From NCBI RefSeq assembly GCF_043950625.1, contig NZ_CP171007.1: 32,000 nucleotides of DNA. One strand, given 5' to 3'. This DNA is from Alkanindiges sp. WGS2144 (GTDB lineage Bacteria > Pseudomonadota > Gammaproteobacteria > Pseudomonadales > Moraxellaceae). This document shows, piece by piece, positions 1-7,402 of the stretch. Within the stretch, counting starts at the first letter, position 1. Each line of letters starts with the position of its first letter. Both the position numbers and the translations under genes were made by a program. The notes below the pieces were generated by a model, which saw nothing but the letters and a program-made list of their open reading frames with translations, searched no databases and was not told the DNA's origin.

Positions 1-427
1 CCATGGGCAGGTTGCGTAAAATCCAGCCACGCACACCAGTAACCGAAATTAAGGTGAATAGCACGCCCATTAAAAAGACTGCGCCCAGCGCTACCGGAAT
101 ACTGATGTGCTGACCCAGCACCAGACTAAACGCGGTAAAGGCAGTCAGTGAAATGGAGCAGCCAATGGCCATGGGAAGATTAGCCCACAGACCAATCAAT
201 AACGAGCCAAAGCCGGCCACCAGACAGGTTGCCACAAATACCAGATCAGCTGGAAAACCGGCTTTGGCTAGCATAGCAGGCACCACAATGACCGAATACA
301 CCATGGCCAGAAAAGTGGTAAATCCGGCAATCAGTTCGGTACGCACTGTGCTGCCACGGGCATCAATGTCAAAAAAACGCGCCAGTGCACCAGATGACGC
401 GGGCGGGGTAGGAGTGGAGTCAGTCAT
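1..427 (-). CDS. NCS2/AzgA-family purine (guanine/hypoxanthine/adenine) permease, N-terminal part; the gene runs off the left edge
   Basis: Absent from the ORF track because it has no stop in the window. Manual minus-strand translation from the ATG (complement of 425-427) gives [89 protein letters not shown]... The [19 protein letters not shown] signature is typical of AzgA/GhxP/AdeP-type permeases. It lies 51 nt downstream of guaD on the same strand. Confidence 0.8.
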   Translation of the reverse strand, partial: MTDSTPTPPASSGALARFFDIDARGSTVRTELIAGFTTFLAMVYSVIVVPAMLAKAGFPADLVFVATCLVAGFGSLLIGLWANLPMAIGCSISLTAFTAFSLVLGQHISIPVALGAVFLMGVLFTLISVTGVRGWILRNLPM

Positions 428-478
428 TGGCGTTTCTCTTTGCAGGGCAGTACATTGCAGGGATGAGCTATTGGGGCA

Positions 479-1825
479 TTAAGCAGGGCGTTGATAGACC
501 CGCTGGCCATTGACATAGGTATGGTAAATATTACGGTCATCACCCAGCGTCATTAGCACAAATAATTGTTCATCCAGATTCTGCGCATTGTGATAGCGCA
601 ATTGCTGTAGCGGTGTGGCACATGGATCAAGCACCACAAAATCTGCCTCCTTGTCCACATTAAAATTACCAATTTTATCATCCAGCATCAGGGCTTTGGC
701 GCTACCTAATGTGGCCAGATAAAACGCTTCAAACGCAGACAGGCTATAGTCCTGTAACTGCATCACCTTGTAGGCTTCATTGAGCGTTTGCAGTATGCTA
801 AACGAGGTGCCTGCGCCAATATCGGTGCCCATGCCGACCTTCACCTTGTGCTTCCAGGCATCGGCCAGCTTGAACAATCCACTGCCTAAAAACAGGTTGG
901 AGGTGGGGCAAAATGCCACTGCTGAGTGAGTGTCGTGCAGGCATTGCCACTCCGATTCTTCCAGATGAATACTGTGCGCAAACATACTGCGCTCACCGGT
1001 TAAGCCATAATGATGGTACACATCCAGATAGCCGTCTTGCTCGGGAAATAATTCCTTGACCCATGCAATTTCCGCCTTGTTTTCGCTTAAATGGGTATGC
1101 AGGTAAGTATCGGGGTATTCTTCACGTAAGCGTTGCGCCGCCGCCAATTGTTCCGGGCTGGATGTTGGTGCAAAGCGCGGCGTAATGGCATACAGCAAGC
1201 GGTCTTTACCATGCCATTTTTCAATTAAAGCTTTGCTGTCCTGATAACTAGATTCAGCGGTATCGCACAAATAATCCGGTGCATTGCGATCCATCATCAC
1301 TTTGCCGGCAATCAGGCGCATGTTGATTTTACTGGCTTGTTCAAACAGGGCATCGACCGATTGCGGATGCACCGTGCCAAACACCAGGGCGGTGGTGGTG
1401 CCATTTCTCAGCAGTTGATCAATAAAAAAAGCCGACATCTGCTGGGCATGATTTATATCTGCAAAGCGCTGTTCAGTCGGAAAGGTATGCTTGTTGAGCC
1501 AGCTTAACAGTTGTTCGCCGTAAGCCCCCACCATTTCCGTTTGCGGATAGTGAATATGGGTATCAATAAAACCCGGCACGATCCATTGTTTGTCATAATG
1601 GGTTAGCGCGGTGCTGTCATCCAGCAGATGCTGTCCATCCTGCCACCTACCAAACCATTCAATCTTGCCTTGATGGATAATTAACAGGCCATCTTCAATA
1701 TGGCGCAGCTGGGCAGCAATATCGGCAGGCTGCGCCACAGTTTGGGCAATATCAGTAAACCGGCCGCGAATAGCGTGTTTTGCTGGCGCTGGCTGGTCAG
1801 AAGCTGGTTTGGCCGCATGAGGCAT
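479..1825 (-). CDS. guaD: guanine deaminase (amidohydrolase superfamily)
   Basis: 448-aa ORF. It has the PGFIDTHIHYPQTEMVG metal-binding HxH motif, HLSEN and GTDIGAG blocks, and a length typical of guanine deaminase. An AGGAA Shine-Dalgarno-like sequence lies upstream of the ATG. Confidence 0.9.
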   Translation of the reverse strand: MPHAAKPASDQPAPAKHAIRGRFTDIAQTVAQPADIAAQLRHIEDGLLIIHQGKIEWFGRWQDGQHLLDDSTALTHYDKQWIVPGFIDTHIHYPQTEMVGAYGEQLLSWLNKHTFPTEQRFADINHAQQMSAFFIDQLLRNGTTTALVFGTVHPQSVDALFEQASKINMRLIAGKVMMDRNAPDYLCDTAESSYQDSKALIEKWHGKDRLLYAITPRFAPTSSPEQLAAAQRLREEYPDTYLHTHLSENKAEIAWVKELFPEQDGYLDVYHHYGLTGERSMFAHSIHLEESEWQCLHDTHSAVAFCPTSNLFLGSGLFKLADAWKHKVKVGMGTDIGAGTSFSILQTLNEAYKVMQLQDYSLSAFEAFYLATLGSAKALMLDDKIGNFNVDKEADFVVLDPCATPLQQLRYHNAQNLDEQLFVLMTLGDDRNIYHTYVNGQRVYQRPA

Positions 1826-1903
1826 GATGGATTCCTAGAACATTTCAGCAGGCTAAAGTATGCGTGGTTTTAGGGAGAAATCTCAATGTGAATATAAATT
1901 TCT

Positions 1904-1944
1904 AAAGCAAAACATACCGTTTGAATCATTGCCCAAACGGTATG
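1904..1944 (-). terminator. rho-independent terminator after mpl
   Basis: Perfect 11-bp stem, CATACCGTTTG (1913-1923) / CAAACGGTATG (1934-1944), with a 10-nt loop. On the minus strand it is followed by TTTTGCTTT. Confidence 0.7.
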
Positions 1945-1984
1945 CGTTGTGGATTGAAAAGTATTTTAATTGTGAAGTGGCAAT

Positions 1985-3382
1985 TTAAGCCTGGGTTTGT
2001 AAGGCAGCAATCAGTTTTTGATGCAAGCCGCCAAAGCCGCCATTGGACATAATCACCACCACATCGCCAGCTTTAGCTTGGGTTTGAATACGCGTAATAA
2101 TCTGTTCAAGCTGCTGGGCAATGCTGGCAGCATTTGGTGCAGCGGTCACCACTGGCGATAAATCCCAGTCCAGCCCTTCCGGCTGATACCAGATCACCTC
2201 ATCGGCCAGCCGGGCAGAGTGCGCCAGATTGTCCTTGTGGCTGCCCATGCGCATGGTGTTGGAGCGTGGCTCAATAATTGCCCATAGCTTACGGTCGCCA
2301 ATTTTCTTGCGGGCACCATCCAAAGTGGTATCAATTGCGGTTGGATGATGGGCAAAGTCATCATACACCTCAATGCCGTTAATGGTGGCCAGCAGCTCCA
2401 TACGACGCTTAATGCCCGCAAAGCTGGACAAGGCATTACAGGCAGTTTGCGCCTCAACCCCTACATGATGCGCGGCGGCAATGGCTGCCAGACCATTGGA
2501 TACACTATGCTGACCCGTCATGCCCCAGTTTACCGTACCAACGTCCTTGCCCTGATACATCACCTTGAACTGGCTGCCATCAGCATGGATTAGCTCGGCC
2601 TGCCAGTCTGCTTGATGCTCACCAATGGCAGTGCGCTGTACCGGTGTCCAGCAGCCCATATCCAGCACTTCATCAATATGCGTTTCAATAATAGGTGCAA
2701 TAATTTGCCCTTCACTTGGAATAGTGCGCACCAGATGATGGAACTGCTTTTGAATGGCTTTAAGGTCATCAAAAATATCGGCGTGGTCAAATTCCAGGTT
2801 GTTTAAAATGGCGGTGCGTGGCTGGTAATGCACGAACTTGGAACGCTTATCAAAAAATGCCGAATCGTATTCGTCAGCTTCCACCACAAAGTAGTTTTTA
2901 TCACCTGCTGGACTGTTTTGCTTTAAATGGCCACCTAAGCGGGCACTATGGCTAAAACACAAGGGCACACCACCGATTAAAAAGCCCGGATTCAGTCCAG
3001 CTTGATCTAAAATCCAGGCCAGCATGGTGGTGGTGGTGGTTTTGCCATGCGTACCGGCCACCGCTAAAACATGACGGCCACGCAACACATAATCAGATAA
3101 AAACTGCGGCCCGGAAGTATAAGGCAGGCCGCTGTTTAGCATATACTCCACGGCGTCAATGCCGCGCTTCATGGCATTACCCACAATCACCAGATCAGGA
3201 TGCGGCTGCAAATGGCTGGCACTATAGCCCTGCATCAATTCAATGCCCGCAGCCTCGAGCTGGGTAGACATGGGCGGATAAACGTTTTGATCCGAGCCAG
3301 TCACGGTATGACCCAGCTCACGCGCCAGTAGCGCCAGTGAACCCATAAAGGTGCCGCAAATTCCCAAAATGTGCAGGTGCAT
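1985..3382 (-). CDS. mpl: UDP-N-acetylmuramate:L-alanyl-gamma-D-glutamyl-meso-diaminopimelate ligase (murein peptide ligase)
   Basis: Track ORF 1985..3463 trimmed to the internal ATG (complement of 3380-3382). This gives MHLHILGICGTFMGSLALLARELGHTVTGSDQNVYPPMSTQLE, colinear with the E. coli Mpl N-terminus as I recall it. It also has the Mur-ligase P-loop AGTHGKTTTT. Confidence 0.9.
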   Translation of the reverse strand: MHLHILGICGTFMGSLALLARELGHTVTGSDQNVYPPMSTQLEAAGIELMQGYSASHLQPHPDLVIVGNAMKRGIDAVEYMLNSGLPYTSGPQFLSDYVLRGRHVLAVAGTHGKTTTTTMLAWILDQAGLNPGFLIGGVPLCFSHSARLGGHLKQNSPAGDKNYFVVEADEYDSAFFDKRSKFVHYQPRTAILNNLEFDHADIFDDLKAIQKQFHHLVRTIPSEGQIIAPIIETHIDEVLDMGCWTPVQRTAIGEHQADWQAELIHADGSQFKVMYQGKDVGTVNWGMTGQHSVSNGLAAIAAAHHVGVEAQTACNALSSFAGIKRRMELLATINGIEVYDDFAHHPTAIDTTLDGARKKIGDRKLWAIIEPRSNTMRMGSHKDNLAHSARLADEVIWYQPEGLDWDLSPVVTAAPNAASIAQQLEQIITRIQTQAKAGDVVVIMSNGGFGGLHQKLIAALQTQA

Positions 3383-3549
3383 TAATTGTTGTCTCCATGC
3401 CAAAGCTGACAGCAGGCAAAAGGGAGTCATTGACCTGCTAAAAATTGCTGGAAACGATAGCAAGGTGTGGGGAGAAAAGATACTGTTAGCAGCATTGCTT
3501 ATGATTATTTTCTATCTGCTAACACGTCATTTAAACTTTGGGAAGTTTT

Positions 3550-3906
3550 ATGCTCACGGTCTGGTTTCCTGTATTGCTTCTGGTCATTTCCAACTGCTTT
3601 ATGACATTGGCTTGGTATGGTCATCTCAAGTTTTTGCATCAGGCACCATTATGGCAGGCGATTTTATTTGGCTGGCTGATTGCCTTGCTAGAGTATTCTT
3701 TTATGGTGCCAGCCAATCGCTTGCTGGCGGCACAGGACCTTAGCCTGGGGCAAATGAAAATTACTCAGGAGGTAATCACTCTGCTGGTGTTTGTGCCATT
3801 TATGCTATGGATGTTTAAACAGCCGTTTAAGCTGGATTATGTCTGGGCAGGCTTATGTTTGGTTGGGGCGGTGATTTTTGTGTTCCGAAGTCAACTCATT
3901 CATTAA
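3550..3906 (+). CDS. DMT-superfamily small membrane protein (DUF486-like)
   Basis: 118 aa from ATG 3550; the track starts at TTG 3538. There are four hydrophobic segments. MLTVWFPVLLLVISNCFMTLAWYGHLKF... resembles the DUF486 family. Confidence 0.7.
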   Translation: MLTVWFPVLLLVISNCFMTLAWYGHLKFLHQAPLWQAILFGWLIALLEYSFMVPANRLLAAQDLSLGQMKITQEVITLLVFVPFMLWMFKQPFKLDYVWAGLCLVGAVIFVFRSQLIH

Positions 3907-4012
3907 AAACCAGTACATTCACAGTTAAAAAATAAGCGCGTAAACCCGGAGGGTCAACGCGCCTGATCAATATTAACTGAATATCAACTTATGCTATTTC
4001 AGCAAGTTGGTA

Positions 4013-4426
4013 TTAAATTGCTGGTTTTTGTACCTGTTGATGTGCATTTTTACGATGCTTAAAACCACCTTTTTTGCCATGCCCAGCTTTTAACTCATCC
4101 ATGCTTAACACACCGTCTTTATTGGTATCTAAGCGGGCAAAGCGGTTCTTTTCAAATTCCTGCTTACGAGCTTCCCAGGCTGCTTTTTTCAGTTCATTAA
4201 ACTTGGCAAATTCAGCTTCAGACAATTTACCATCTTTGTTGGCATCGGCCTGCTGGAACAAGGCAGCCTGTTCAGCCTGCATTTTGGCCATGCGCTCGGC
4301 ACGCTGACTGTCTTTGTTAGCGGTTGTGGTGCTGGAGGCTTGCGTTGTAGTCGGGGCGGCAATTGCAGATACAGCCAGACCTAATCCCAGAATAGCAGCC
4401 AGCAGGGTTGTACTTAATGTTTTCAT
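4013..4426 (-). CDS. secreted EF-hand calcium-binding protein
   Basis: Trimmed to MKTLSTTLLAAILGLGLAVSAIAAP, which has a signal peptide, with an AGGAAGG Shine-Dalgarno sequence 7 nt upstream. There are two canonical EF-hand loops, DANKDGKLSEAEF and DTNKDGVLSMDEL. Confidence 0.8.
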   Translation of the reverse strand: MKTLSTTLLAAILGLGLAVSAIAAPTTTQASSTTTANKDSQRAERMAKMQAEQAALFQQADANKDGKLSEAEFAKFNELKKAAWEARKQEFEKNRFARLDTNKDGVLSMDELKAGHGKKGGFKHRKNAHQQVQKPAI

Positions 4427-4747
4427 ATGTGATCCTTCCTCGATATTGAACAGATCAGCCTGGAATATATAAAATACCAAACGGCTAATCCATGTTGACC
4501 TGCGCGTCATAACGGCAAAGGTCGCAAAAAGTTTGAATAAACCGTGGAAGAAAAACCTGAATGTTCAAATACCTGCATCACTTGTGTAATGGCTGGCTGT
4601 CCAGATGGATTTTTATACGTAATAATCCAGATATTCGCTATTTATGAATAAAAAATCGCACTTAGTGATGAAACAATCAGTATAAATCACACCACATCAA
4701 TTATTGATTGCTGGCTTACTTGATCAAAGCAGGCCTAATTAATCTAC

Positions 4748-4790
4748 AAAAAGCAGCATCAAATAATTTCCTTGGCCTTTGCTGCTTTTT
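4748..4790. terminator. terminator-like hairpin with A- and T-tracts on both sides, 50 nt upstream of purE
   Basis: AAAAAGCAGCA (4748-4758) and TGCTGCTTTTT (4780-4790) are perfect complements separated by a 21-nt loop. A T-run follows on both strands. No upstream CDS on either strand needs it. Confidence 0.4.
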
Positions 4791-4841
4791 ACGGCAAAAT
4801 ATGCGGTCTTTTTTCTTATTCTTGCTCTGGATCGCCTGCTT

Positions 4842-5360
4842 ATGAATCCATCTGCCAACTTTGCCAATCAGCCGCTGGTTGGAATTATCATGGGCTCTCA
4901 ATCGGACTGGGCAACCCTGGAACACACCGCCGAGATGCTCAAAACATTGGGTGTGCCATTTGAAGCAGAAGTCGTCTCGGCGCACCGGACGCCGGATCGT
5001 TTATTTGACTATGCGCAAACTGCCCGCGAGCGTGGCATTCAGGTGATTATTGCCGGCGCCGGTGGCGCGGCGCATTTGCCGGGCATGTGTGCCGCCAAAA
5101 CTGACTTACCAGTGCTGGGTGTGCCGGTACAGTCCTCCATTTTAAATGGCGTGGATTCCTTACTGTCCATTGTGCAAATGCCTGCTGGCATTGCGGTAGG
5201 TACGCTGGCGATTGGCAAGGCAGGCGCGACCAATGCTGCCATTTTAGCCGCACAAATTCTAGGCTTAAATTACCCGGCCATTGCCCAAGCTGTGGCCGAT
5301 TTTAGAACGGCGCAAACCGATAAAGTCAGCAGCAATAATATTCCGGGGCAAGCAGGTTAA
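4842..5360 (+). CDS. purE: 5-(carboxyamino)imidazole ribonucleotide mutase
   Basis: Trimmed to [28 protein letters not shown]... It has the hallmark PurE blocks GSQSDW, SAHRTP and [10 protein letters not shown]. Confidence 0.92.
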   Translation: MNPSANFANQPLVGIIMGSQSDWATLEHTAEMLKTLGVPFEAEVVSAHRTPDRLFDYAQTARERGIQVIIAGAGGAAHLPGMCAAKTDLPVLGVPVQSSILNGVDSLLSIVQMPAGIAVGTLAIGKAGATNAAILAAQILGLNYPAIAQAVADFRTAQTDKVSSNNIPGQAG

Positions 5361-5370
5361 GGTGCAGCGC

Positions 5371-6507
5371 ATGAGTTCTATTCAAAGCATTGGTATTTTT
5401 GGTGGTGGCCAGTTGGGTCGTATGCTGGCACAGGCCGCGCTGCCACTCGGCTTACAATGTACCTTTTATGAAAGCAGTACTGATTGCCCATCAGCTGCGC
5501 TGGGTCAAGTCATTGATAATACTCAGCCCAATGCCCTGCAAACCTTTATGCAAAGCGCCGATGTGTTTAGCCTGGAATTTGAAAACACGCCACTTACCGA
5601 TGCTGATGTACTCACACAAAGCAAAACACTTTATCCATCACGGCAGGCACTGGCTATTGCACAAAATCGTTTGTCAGAAAAAGCCCTGTTTGATGAATTA
5701 AACATTCCGGTTGCACCGTATTCAGCCATTCATAGCCTGCAAGATTTGCAGAAGGCAGCGGCTAAGCAAGGCTTGCCATTGGTGGTGAAAACTGCCACTG
5801 GCGGCTACGATGGCAAAGGCCAGTTTGTGGTGCGTGAGGCCAGCCATATTGAGCAGGCCTGGGCAGAACTGGGCAAGGCTGTACCGTTAATTGCTGAAAG
5901 CTTTGTACAATTTAGCCGTGAAGTCTCGATTATTGCGGTACGTGGGCAGGATGGCGAAGTGCGTACCTGGCCATTGGCGGAAAACCATCACCATCAGGGT
6001 ATTTTGTCGCATTCGATTGTGCCAGCGCCTAATAGCAGCGACTTACAACCAGTTGCCACGGATTACATTAGCCGTTTGCTGAATCACCTCAATTATGTAG
6101 GTGTGCTGACGCTGGAGCTATTTGTGACCCCGCAAGGCTTACTGGCCAATGAAATGGCACCACGCGTGCACAATTCAGGCCACTGGAGCATTGAAGGCGC
6201 GGTATGCTCGCAGTTTGAAAACCATATGCGGGCGGTAGCGGGTTTGCCACTGGGTTCAACTGAGCTGGTCAAGCCAACGGTGATGGTTAATATTATTGGC
6301 AAGCATCCCGATAAGGCTGATATTCTGGCCTTAAACGGGGCGCATTTGCATTTATATGGCAAAAGCGAGCGTACTGGCCGTAAACTAGGGCATATTACCC
6401 TGATGCCGGTGGATAGTAGCCAGCTTACTCAGCTATGCCAGCAACTGGCGCAACTTCTGCCTGAACCGCTGGCTTTAACGGCACACACTACCATCTGTGT
6501 TGAATAA
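5371..6507 (+). CDS. purK: 5-(carboxyamino)imidazole ribonucleotide synthase (ATP-grasp)
   Basis: Trimmed to MSSIQSIGIFGGGQLGRMLAQAA. It has the ATP-grasp pattern (GGYDGKGQ, APRVHNSGHW) and starts 11 nt after the purE stop. Confidence 0.92.
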   Translation: MSSIQSIGIFGGGQLGRMLAQAALPLGLQCTFYESSTDCPSAALGQVIDNTQPNALQTFMQSADVFSLEFENTPLTDADVLTQSKTLYPSRQALAIAQNRLSEKALFDELNIPVAPYSAIHSLQDLQKAAAKQGLPLVVKTATGGYDGKGQFVVREASHIEQAWAELGKAVPLIAESFVQFSREVSIIAVRGQDGEVRTWPLAENHHHQGILSHSIVPAPNSSDLQPVATDYISRLLNHLNYVGVLTLELFVTPQGLLANEMAPRVHNSGHWSIEGAVCSQFENHMRAVAGLPLGSTELVKPTVMVNIIGKHPDKADILALNGAHLHLYGKSERTGRKLGHITLMPVDSSQLTQLCQQLAQLLPEPLALTAHTTICVE

Positions 6508-6641
6508 ATACCCTAAAAAAAGTGTGTTTTGTTAGACAATTTTTAGTGGTTTTGTGAGTAATATTTTTATAATTGGCACGTGAACGACAAGCTTGTCTGT
6601 TACACCCTTTCGATGGGGTACATCGACCAAACCCTCTTTCA

Positions 6642-6669
6642 AAGGTGGCTCCTGCCACCTTCTTTTTTG
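6642..6669 (+). terminator. canonical rho-independent terminator, 135 nt past the purK stop
   Basis: AAGGTGGC (6642-6649), loop TCCT, GCCACCTT (6654-6661), followed by CTTTTTTG. Confidence 0.65.
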
Positions 6670-6695
6670 CCTAAAATTTATACATGGCGCAATAT

Positions 6696-6775
6696 TTTGC
6701 CTTTGCCTTTGCCTTTGCCTTTGCCTTTGCCTTTGCCTTTGCCTTTGCCTTTGCCTTTGCCTTTGCCTTTGCCTT
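6696..6775. repeat. perfect hexanucleotide microsatellite (TTTGCC)13, equivalent to (GCCTTT)n
   Basis: 80-bp uninterrupted tract read directly from the sequence. It generates the artefactual (LP)n, (CL)n and (FA)n track ORFs. Confidence 0.98.
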
Positions 6776-6966
6776 GACGCGCGATACGCTGACGCCGTTT
6801 TCCTGTTATTTCCTGCTAATTTTGATATGCCTTACCGTTCAGAGGATTAACACTAGTCTGAATTTGGCAGGTTGAGTTTAGGCCAGAAAGCTATTTTCAG
6901 AATAGCTAAAGTTTAAATTCAAATACTGCGTATTCCTTCAGAAGAATTTGTGGATAACTTTAAAAT

Positions 6967-7006
6967 TGCTAGAAATAAATTCAAAACTTTGAATTTATTT
7001 CTAGCA
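6967..7006. repeat. perfect 19-bp inverted repeat (2-nt spacer)
   Basis: TGCTAGAAATAAATTCAAA (6967-6985), AC, TTTGAATTTATTTCTAGCA (6988-7006). It contains the AAATTCAAA/TTTGAATTT core shared with neighbouring repeats. Confidence 0.95.
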
Positions 7007-7052
7007 TGGCTTTTTACAGCGCAATTTGGAATAAATACCAAGATGGCAAGGG

Positions 7053-7085
7053 TTTGAATTTAAAAATGCCGATTTTAAATTCAAA
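7053..7085. repeat. perfect 13-bp inverted repeat (7-nt spacer) with the same core motif
   Basis: TTTGAATTTAAAA (7053-7065), ATGCCGA, TTTTAAATTCAAA (7073-7085). Confidence 0.95.
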
Positions 7086-7118
7086 GTCCTAAGCTGGCAT
7101 ACCACTTGAGTCGATTAA

Positions 7119-7205
7119 TTTTAAATTTAAAAGTAGAGAAATGAATTTAAAATCTATAGGTAGAAAGTTTAAATTTAAAATGGGAAGTTTTAAATTTATT
7201 ATTTG
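7119..7205. repeat. AT-rich iteron-like tandem units carrying TTTAAATTTAAAA-type cores
   Basis: The palindrome TTTTAAATTTAAAA lies at 7119-7132. It is followed by three head-to-tail units: GTAGAGAAATGAATTTAAAATCTATAG (7133-7159), GTAGAAAGTTTAAATTTAAAATG (7160-7182) and GGAAGTTTTAAATTTATTATTTG (7183-7205). A further core copy, TTTAAATTCAAA, lies at 6912-6923. Confidence 0.85.
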
Positions 7206-7402
7206 AGGGAATCTAGGAGAAATTTGCTTAAGGGCTGTTTTTGAGGTTTTGCTAGAAAAATGCTACGGACAACTAAAATGGCGATGTAACAAATATTCTT
7301 CCCGCTTATGCTACATATTAAAACTTGTTCACAGGATTTCTTAAGCAGTAGGCATGCTAAGGTAAGCAGGTTGAGTGATAACCAAGCAGTCAGGATAGGG
7401 CA

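Noticed and set aside
153-482. 109-aa plus-strand ORF at the left edge
   Set aside because: It is antisense to a clearly recognisable purine-permease N-terminus on the minus strand. It has low-complexity, R/A/P-rich composition and no Shine-Dalgarno sequence.
3351-3743. 130-aa plus-strand ORF overlapping the mpl start and the DMT gene
   Set aside because: It is out of frame with the DUF486-like membrane protein, which has the coherent TM pattern, and it overlaps the mpl N-terminus in antisense.
6696-6775. Possible CRISPR array
   Set aside because: The repeats are a contiguous 6-bp unit with no spacers, and no cas genes are present. It is a microsatellite.
6580-6875. Three overlapping ORFs encoding (LP)n, (CL)n and (FA)n repeats
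   Set aside because: All three are read-throughs of the hexanucleotide microsatellite in its three frames. None has a convincing Shine-Dalgarno sequence, and two of them span a strong terminator hairpin. I treated the tract as a DNA repeat, not as coding sequence.
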